In this document: positions 37,006 to 44,733 of the stretch, in pieces
Position numbering within the stretch: position 1 is the stretch's first letter
Layout of the letters: each line of letters opens with the position of its first letter
DNA from: Blastocystis sp. subtype 4
Taxonomy: Eukaryota
Length of the DNA: 44,733 nucleotides
Reading direction: 5' to 3'
Assembly (NCBI RefSeq): GCF_000743755.1
Contig: NW_014569492.1
Span: 1 to 44,733 of the forward strand
Notes under the pieces: model-generated
What the model saw: the letters and a program-made list of their open reading frames with translations, nothing else
The model's database searches: none
What the model was told of the DNA's origin: nothing
Made by a program: the position numbers and the translations under genes

Positions 37006-39389
37006 ATGGTGAAGCTTCTGGTTATTCTATGTTTGTTATGGTTCACCGTAATTTATGGAAGAGATATCGATAGTGATATTGCGCAGTTACGGATGCGGGA
37101 GAACCAACTTGAAGTTTGGATAGAAAGTTAGATAGTAATGACTAGAAGGAGGACAAAAATATACTCAAGCAAGATGTAAGTCTATTGGACGACATTTCGT
37201 TGAAGTTATATCGGGAGAGTGTTTCAGTCATTCATGTGAATCATTTCATCGATATTCGATTGGTGGGGTTCAAAAGAAATGGAAACGGGAATGTCTATCT
37301 GAATGAGCAACGTTTGTTCGAGTATCTTGATTTGCTTGGACAGTAAGCATGAGAAAATGGTTTTATTTATAGTGGGAGCCATCCAGTTCATGTGATTAAT
37401 CGTCACATCATCAAAGCACTTCCGTTGTTTGATAATATGGTATATCGAGTAACTCATGCCAGTGAATTGGTCAATCAAGGAGTAGCCAAAATTCTTTCGT
37501 ATGGATAATATGAGTTATGAGATGTAGCAAACAATTAAGTCAATCCAAAGACAAATTCGTCGTTCTTCCTAGTGATATTTTCAATCCAATTCTACTAAAT
37601 GACCTCTATGACAGTAGTGTATCGTTTACCGTTTACCTCCTAAATCCACGCATTTCAACTCAAATAAAGTATTCATATGCTGCCACTAATACTTCTTCTT
37701 GTCATACTTCCCTTTTGGTATGCTATTCAGAGGGTTTACAATACATGTTGATTGACATATCCTCGTCTTCTTCTTCGTATGGTAGTTTTATTCCGACTGT
37801 CGGCTTTCAAATGATTTCATACCCTAAATTACTCCTGAAAATGGAAAACAAGCAAGTTATGAATCCTTCGTTCATTCCAGAAATCGCCCAGGTTTTACAT
37901 CAAGCGATCTCGATGTATTTGTATCCTGATATAAACTACGGGTTGTTTTCCGTTATATCCGAGAATCCAAAGAGTGTTGTTGAAGATGGTCCTTCATGGG
38001 ACTTTGGGGTGATTCACATCGAAATAGTGACAATTGTTGAAGAAGTGAAAGGAAACAATTTTGAGATCTTTTTGACCCAAAATGAGCGTGAATCAAGGTT
38101 GTATTGGAGAACAGTTGCTAAGCAGCTTCAACACATGTCACTTTCCAAGAAACAAATTTCTATTTCGAATCAGTTTTTCCCCTTATCTAAAGTTCCCAAT
38201 TTCTCTCTGATTTTAGCAGAGAGTTACGAATTGCTGTCAACCAATCATACGTTCCAGCGAAATAATGTGTACACTCAAATTCGGAGTGATGTAGTTCTTT
38301 CTCTTCTCAAAGAGCATAAAACTGAGATTTGGAGAGAATTTGGTTTTGATTTGCTTGAGAGAGACCTCACCAAAACAACAGTTGGAACTGTTACTATCAT
38401 TCCTGTTTTTATGTGATGTTAATGAGAACATGTGATGCATAGTGTCTCAATTGTGTCTCCTTCGACAGTATTGATTGACAATGAAGATCAAGCAGTAAGT
38501 TCAGATAATATCGTGTTTGCAGTTGAAACGCGTGGTATTCGTACCGTAGTTTTAAGAATGGAATATTATTCCAGAGTGCATCGAAATATGAGTGTAATCG
38601 ACAGAAAATTGAATTTCATCCTTCGGATTGTCGTCGAGCAGCTCTTCAAGAAATTGTAAGTACTGTTTTTGGCATCTTGCCATTACATCGGTTTATTTTC
38701 GTATCTTATTCTAATATCTAGGCGTTATTCACAAGTGCGAGATGAAGTAGTTTCCGATTTTCGGGTTTCCAATCTTGATGATTTGATGTCAGTATTTAGT
38801 AATGCAACTACGCTATCAGTTCATCACCAAAGTAAGTGAAAATGTTATGGATGTATTTTAGTTCTTGCTCAGCGTTCAGTGACGTATTTATTGCTTGGGC
38901 AAGTTCTAATTCACGAACTAACAGAATTACTGGATCAGTATGAAGAAGCTACAAACTACTATGAGATGCAACTTACAGAACTGTATCTTCCAGCAGACTA
39001 CAATAGATTAAAGCAACGATGGAGATTTGCATTGACCAGTCTGAATGAGATCATGATATATTTATCGATGAGTGATTATGGGAAGGCTCTCGATTTGATA
39101 GACCAAGCGCTCGTAAATCTACGTAGATTACAGTTGATTCCACAGAATCTGGAAGCTATTGTGTCAATTCGGTCCTTCCCTGAAGTATGATAAGGAATAA
39201 TGAATGATTTTTAGTCACGACATAATCCAATGGAATATGTTTTGATGGTTTTATGTACTATTGTAATGACTATGTTTATCACTTTGTAAGGAAAGAGAAA
39301 ATGAATAATGAATAGTATTTTGTCGCTTACTCCACGAAGAGAACGTAAACGAACTGCTTATAATCGAATTATCCGAACTCAATTCTATT
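37006..39389 (+). CDS. Secreted/type I membrane protein of unknown function; stop probably created by polyadenylation
   Basis: Signal peptide MVKLLVILCLLWFTVIYG, exons including FTVYLLNP...YSY...MLIDISS..SYG, and a C-terminal TM YVLMVLCTIVMTMFITF followed by ...RIIRTQFY-T. Motif at 39394-39401. Confidence 0.7.
37030..37037 (+). terminator. TGTTTGTT motif for the fucosyltransferase-like gene, inside the next gene's signal-peptide codons
   Basis: First exact motif after TAA 36999. It spans the C-L-L codons of the ORF starting at 37006. Confidence 0.65.
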
Positions 39390-39393
39390 GTTC

Positions 39394-39408
39394 TGTTTGT
39401 TACAAACA
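39394..39408. terminator. Palindromic bidirectional poly(A)-site motif TGTTTGT-T-ACAAACA
   Basis: Plus strand TGTTTGTT at 39394-39401 and minus strand TGTTTGTA at 39408-39401, between two convergent genes. Confidence 0.75.
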
Positions 39409-39411
39409 ATG

Positions 39412-41023
39412 TTAAAAGTATTTCATTGATTGCAAGTATTCATGTTCCAGCTTTGAAGACGTATCAGGATATTCATCGTATACTTCGTCTCCCATCAAAG
39501 GCCTAAAGCCAGCCATTAACCAATGCCGGAACACTCGAGGACGAATAACCTGATGACTAGTCGTGATATACGAAGCTACTGAATCATGACCATAGTTCTT
39601 ATAATGAGAATCATTGAAGAATGCAGGTCTCCATGGATATCGTCCACATTCCATCACAAATGATAATGAACCATGAATATCATCACCATTTCGCTGGGAA
39701 TAAGGTTCGTATCGCCAAAAGATCTTACTGTGAATAGCCTTCTTAGCATAAACCTGAATCACGAAATCTACTTCATGATCATATCGTTTATATTCACAGT
39801 CAGCACAGATCATTTGATAAGTACCGTGAGTATAACTAGACTTTGGTATATAACGACCACCCACACCTGTGGGCGTATCCTTCTCATCGATTACTGAAAT
39901 CAGGGTAGAAATAGTATCTTTTCCTGGAATGATATCATCATCAAATACAATATGATAAGAAGTTTTCAAAAGAAGAGGAAGAAGGTGACGAAGGAAAAAT
40001 GGTGAATTCCAATTGACTGCCCAAATATGTCCTTGAATTGGGTATTTCTTTGCAATATACTGATAGTTCTTGAAATGACCATTTTGAAAGAGAATGATCT
40101 CCGAAGGAGGAAGAGAGGAAGCATAAATTGACTCCAGTTGTTCATCAACATATTCGCGTTTATATTGTGATAAAACGATTCCAATACTGTGATCCTGAGG
40201 TCGAATTGAGGAACAATTGACATCTTGTATTCCGAGTGCAGAAATACAATCCGTAGAAAGATTATCAATGGTTCTTTCAGTCATCCCAAACAGTGATGCC
40301 AGATAAGATGACTTGGATACATAATGAGCATCAAAGAATGGACAGGTTTGTGTCACAATAGCTGCGTTGAAACGGCATAAGACAGCTTGAGAAAAGAAAA
40401 AGAAAGGAGATATTGAGGAACGGCGGAAATCGGTCATCGTTAAGATATATCGCAAATACCGAGTTTCCATCAAGATAGAACCATCGGTATCTGCCACAAC
40501 CGAGCCATATCTCGTCTGAGGCTTTCCATTACAGGTCACGATTGTCGGATGTTGATTCTTTCGTATTCTTGAAATTGCCTTGTTGATCCAATTTCCATCA
40601 GGGAATGCCTGTAAAAAGTACTCGTCCTTTACAACAAGGAAGTAAGTACTGTTATACATAATGGGTAAAAGGAACGACAAATAGCCATCGTCTTCATAAC
40701 TAGTATGAACCACATAAGGAGAAGAATACTCTCTCTCCAGGTAATAGTCGCTATTAGAATACACTAAATGACGCGAAACAATATAAATAAAATCAACAGT
40801 ACATAAAGTCGGCTTCATCGCAGCATACTTGTTCTCAGGTATAGAATCCTTGTTCGTATCAATCACAATAGTTATGAAACACTCATCGGACTCTACATCA
40901 TAACTGCCTTAACGAATACCCACTCAGTAGTGATCCCGAAGTGAGAGAGACTCGAGTTGCTGGTGACGAGAAGAAAGTGGAACAAGGAATGAAAAGAAGA
41001 AGAATGGCTACGATGAACATCAT
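39412..41023 (-). CDS. GT-A fold (GT2-like) glycosyltransferase with N-terminal signal/anchor
   Basis: MMFIVAILLLFIP..., one 31-nt intron, then a long exon with IVLSQYKREYVDEQLESI...EIILFQN, YHIVFDDDIIPG (DxD), VDFVIQ and NGDDIHGS. Confidence 0.8.
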
Positions 41024-41069
41024 ATCTCTAAACAAACAAGAACGCAAATTACAGCTCCTATATCTTCTC

Positions 41070-42074
41070 TTAGAATAATGAAAAGACCATAATAACAGCA
41101 ATGATAAACAAAATGATGATACTCCACAATTCACACTTGTCTACACTCAATTCCTTTTTCCTATCCTACTATTGGTCTTCATCAACTTTTGCATCTTCGT
41201 TCTTGCTTGTTCCAAACGGTTCTGAGCATCGGATACATCTGTGTCCAGATTACTGAGAAGGCTAATTATCAGATAGAATTGACTCCTATACGCATCCTGT
41301 TGGTTAATTTCATCTCCAATTCCTTTGGCCATATCATCCAAACGATCAACACCATCAGCAAGAATAGACAGCGATTGATCCTGCTTCTTCATATATTCCT
41401 ACAACTAAGAAAAAGCAAATGAAAAGAACGGATTGAAGGGCCTGGTTGTTCTTGATTACGCTGTTATTCGCATAATCACGAGCTGCCATCGTGGAGCTAG
41501 TAGTTTTACGCGCAGAAAGCATCTACCAATGAATACAAGCCATCATAACCACTTTGCGCTGATCTGCTTCGATCTTCTGAAGAACACGAGGTGACTTCAT
41601 GAAATCTTGCATCTTCTTCAATTCCTACAATTCAAGGAGGACAAATATTATACATTGAACGTATTATTGATGAACAGACGGCGAGACTTCAATTCTCTCT
41701 ATACATCAAGTGAGTCAAAGACAGCATATACTGCATCAATATGAGAATACTTAGCTGGATTCTGTTCCACTAGAATCACTGTCTTCTCAACTCCCTTCAC
41801 ATCACGGGTGAGTTTGTCGATATCCTTGGGAAGTGCTAGTGGGATCAGAAACAACTCCAAAGAGAAATACTTCGATTCAGATTGGAAAACTTCTCATCAC
41901 GAGCAGTGTCGCCTGTTTCAAGGATTCTTCGCCAGGACTCGTACTTATTGCTAATCTTTGATAAGGAGCTCTCAATTCCACTAAATATGATAGTCAAAAG
42001 ATTTTAACTCACTCTCTAATAGCATAGTAAGGATCAGCACTTCCGCGATTGTCTACAAGAGGAGATCTGCTCAT
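41070..42074 (-). CDS. STX6: Syntaxin-6/Tlg1/SYP61-like Qc-SNARE
   Basis: N-terminal DPYYAIRE, VEQNPAKY...ELKSRRLFI (Syntaxin-6_N), SNARE motif QDQSLSILADGVDRLDDMAKGIGDEINQQD, and C-terminal TM LWSIIILFIIAVIMVFSLF*. Motif at 41038-41031. Confidence 0.9.
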
Positions 42075-42453
42075 TAAATCTCTATATATCACGTTGCAAC
42101 CTCAGAACCAACGAAGGGACTCTAAATACTGTGATAATGGAAAAGGCAAATCAAGACCCAAAAATGCCTCCAGAGGCGTTTCGCGACAGAATACACTCCT
42201 GTAATTCATATAAATCCTTCATAGAAACCTATGCAATTGATCATTAGCAAATGAAAATAGATATTGGTAAGATGAAAGGACAATCAAGATGTATGTGGCT
42301 ATGTCATTAGTATTATATTTATGTCGATTTCAATATATTATAATCGTAATGCCAACGAAATGAACGATAGTAACACAATCAGATTGAAAACGCCAATTTC
42401 TGTCATTCCAAAAAGTCTATATTTGCTATTATCTCATTAAAGACGACTTAATC

Positions 42454-44377
42454 ATGTCTGTTCCCATAACCCCTAAGAACAGGTTTGTGGAGGCATTCAT
42501 CTCACTCGTTCACGGGGATTATGAAGGGTATTTGAACGAAATATCTAAGAAAACAGTAAGATATAGTTGTTACAAACATGTATTAGTATAATCAGAGTGA
42601 TCGGAATCTTTTGTGCAACAAAGTTGCATTATCTGCCGATCTTGGAGATGTTCAGTCATTGAGACAGTGTCAGGAATCATTTAAGAGACTATTACAATAC
42701 GAAGAAAAGGAAATCGATTCAATCGAGGTAGATGAACTTGCTTTGGATTCTATCATTCACTACAACATTGTATGCAAGTCCATTGTTTAATATTGAAGAT
42801 AATCTGTGAACTGAATGATTTCTCGTATTCTACAGCTCTGGAACATCTCTCACAGTGGATTCAGCATATCCCTCCAACTTACTACTCCCTTCAAATACTT
42901 TTTCTGCTTTTGAAGGCGCGCATTCTTCTCTATTCTTATCAAGTTAATGAGAATCCTCCTTCTGTACCGCTGTATTGTGGATATTATCATAGATTCTTCA
43001 AGATGACTATCTATCCACACTTCACAAGATCAATTCCATTGTTGATGCGCATTCGTTTCCTCCTTCAATGAAACAAGCTGTTGTATACATGGTGAGTCTT
43101 CTTTTCAGTATATATTACTGTGAAAACTGTACAGTCAAGAGTGCAAAGAAATGGGTTTCAGCTGTGAATCAAGCAGCTGGAACCTCAAGTGAACAGTATT
43201 TTGCGCTTGTAGCTGATGATATTCGAAAGGAAATGCATGAATCCTTATCGTGCCCAGTGTTATGTCTAGCATCTATTCTTCCTTTTACAGGTCATGAATT
43301 TGTGAATACATGTCTACTAAAAGCCAGACTTGAGTACTGTAGAGGGAATTACACCAAAGTCCTGGCTGCAAAAGAACAGATCAATCCGGATACTACTCTC
43401 AATGAACCATTTTCCTCCAGTCTTCTTGGGTGTTCATCGTTTGCTTTAGGGAAAAAGCAGATGGCTCGGTTCTATTTTGAGCGTTGTTCATCTACTTGTA
43501 CAGAAGTTTATCAACAGAAGCTAATTGAAATTGACTTGGGAAGAACATATGAATCCATTGGGAACTATGAACAGGCTGCTGTTCTGTATCGAAGGGCTTT
43601 ACAAGTATATCAACAAAATCCAATCCTTCATTTTCATTATGCAGAGTGCATACTTCATTTGATTAATCGACACAACCAACCCATTGCTTTAGGCAAGTAA
43701 TCTCGAGTTGGGAGAGATGAGTTATAGAGAAGTTTATAATGTATATTTGAATGTCTTATCTATTGTTGAAACAGATAATGAATATATTCATATCCTCATT
43801 CTCACCTATTATCGGATGATTGAAGTGTCTTTCTGTTGAGTTGATTTCTAATTATCATATCTAGATTTATATATGTTTCCACAAGTAGACGAGTACTGCA
43901 AAGAGATCTTGTCGATTACTGAATCAAAGAATTCACTATTGGATAAAACGGGTCGCTTTTGCAGTACACAAATCAAGCTCTTTTGTGTGTATATGCAAGC
44001 AAGGAGCCGAATCATTGTCAACAGATATGATGAAGCTCTATCTATTCTATTACCAAAGGATCTTGATAATCTATATCCTCCAGAGATTTCTATAGCTATC
44101 CGAACCAACACTTGTTCTCAATTGAATCGGATCCACAATAATCTCATTCTACAACTCTTGGAATTATTATACTTTGTATGGAGTGGGAATCTTCTGTGAT
44201 GCCTAGATATATGAACGATTAGAAGACTTTGATCATGCACAGACGATGGCTGAAATACTATTTTCAGTTGATCCTTCTATCGAGAGTTGGAAACGGTATC
44301 TGAAGATATCTGTGTACACTGGTGAATATGGGAGGGCGTGTCTAAAGTACTGTTCATATATCAAAGATCATCTTTAA
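42454..44377 (+). CDS. CNOT10: CCR4-NOT complex subunit 10-like TPR protein
   Basis: IIHYNI, VKSAKKWVSAV, LLKARLEYCRGNYTK, LGCSSFALGKKQMARFYF and ALQVYQQNPILHFHYAECI parallel CNOT10 LKSNFEYLRGNYRK, NNLGCIHF and VQVYHANPRLWLRLAECCI. TAA is at 44375-44377. Confidence 0.75.
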
Positions 44378-44507
44378 ACTGTTGTTTGAGAGATACACAA
44401 TATGGTAATTTGAATGTGGGGATATTAGAAAATAATGCAATTAAAATACAATATTCAACCACCAAGGGGGCAAGGTTTGTCTTTGCATTCAATTACTAGC
44501 TCCAATA

Positions 44508-44733
44508 ATGGTATGTAGTGTGAAAGAATAATTGTATAAGAATGTGAAGTCGTTTCGTTCGACATTCATGCATTCAGATAAATTGTTTGTTGCTGTCGCC
44601 TGAATCTATTTCGTTTTCCCAGAATTCTAATTTTTCTGTAGACTCGCGGCCCTAAGAAGCATTTGAAGCGTTTGAATGCCCCTAAGCACTGGATGCTTAA
44701 CAAGATGGGAGGTGTGTGGGCTCCTCATCCCAG
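44508..44733 (+). CDS. RPS4: 40S ribosomal protein S4 (eS4), 5' end
   Basis: ATG at 44508-44510, a 131-nt GT-AG intron at 44511-44641, then [30 protein letters not shown]. Confidence 0.95.

Noticed and set aside
40898..41134. ORF-track 78-aa ORF starting at GTG 41134
   Set aside because: It is a chimera of the syntaxin last exon (other frame), its 3' UTR with the poly(A) motif, and the true GT2 first exon starting at ATG 41023.
42137..42330. Short ORF MEKANQDPKMPPEAFRDRIHS... in the syntaxin/CNOT10 spacer
   Set aside because: Only 36 codons, with no homology recognised and no poly(A) motif. It cannot be supported.

Overview
Very compact, AT-rich eukaryotic nuclear DNA, almost certainly Blastocystis (a gut stramenopile). 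The evidence is ~29-33 nt GT-AG introns throughout, tiny intergenic spacers, and the Blastocystis poly(A)-site motif TGTTTGTT at the 3' ends of most genes. I reconstructed about 28 spliced genes by eye. In order they are: RPL18 3' end, an orphan RPS17 3' half, exportin-like, two tandem potato-inhibitor-I genes, a coiled-coil protein, HERP-like, DHX15/Prp43, ZupT-like ZIP, ZNF330, EXO1, TLK, PP2A-B55, a PTEN-like/C2 protein, CCT5, GLE1, a TM-RING E3, an SLC35E/TPT transporter, ERH, PTPA, a LARGE-like GT49, a ~1650-aa Ig/PA14 surface protein, a fucosyltransferase-like gene, a secreted TM protein, a GT2, syntaxin-6, CNOT10 and the RPS4 5' end. Several genes (TLK, GLE1, the 37-39 kb gene, probably ZIP and PTPA) have no stop codon before the motif and instead place an in-frame T exactly 5 nt upstream of it, so polyadenylation would create UAA. 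The most notable less-expected observations are five. (1) A dystroglycan-like surface protein lies head-to-head with a LARGE-like glycosyltransferase inside a run of glycosylation/secretory genes. (2) A headless RPS17 abuts the exportin CDS directly. (3) A palindromic bidirectional poly(A) signal is shared by two convergent genes. (4) An unusually long, structured RPS4 intron contains the poly(A) motif. (5) The protease-inhibitor pair has different P1 residues. All exon boundaries and family calls are manual, not database-verified.
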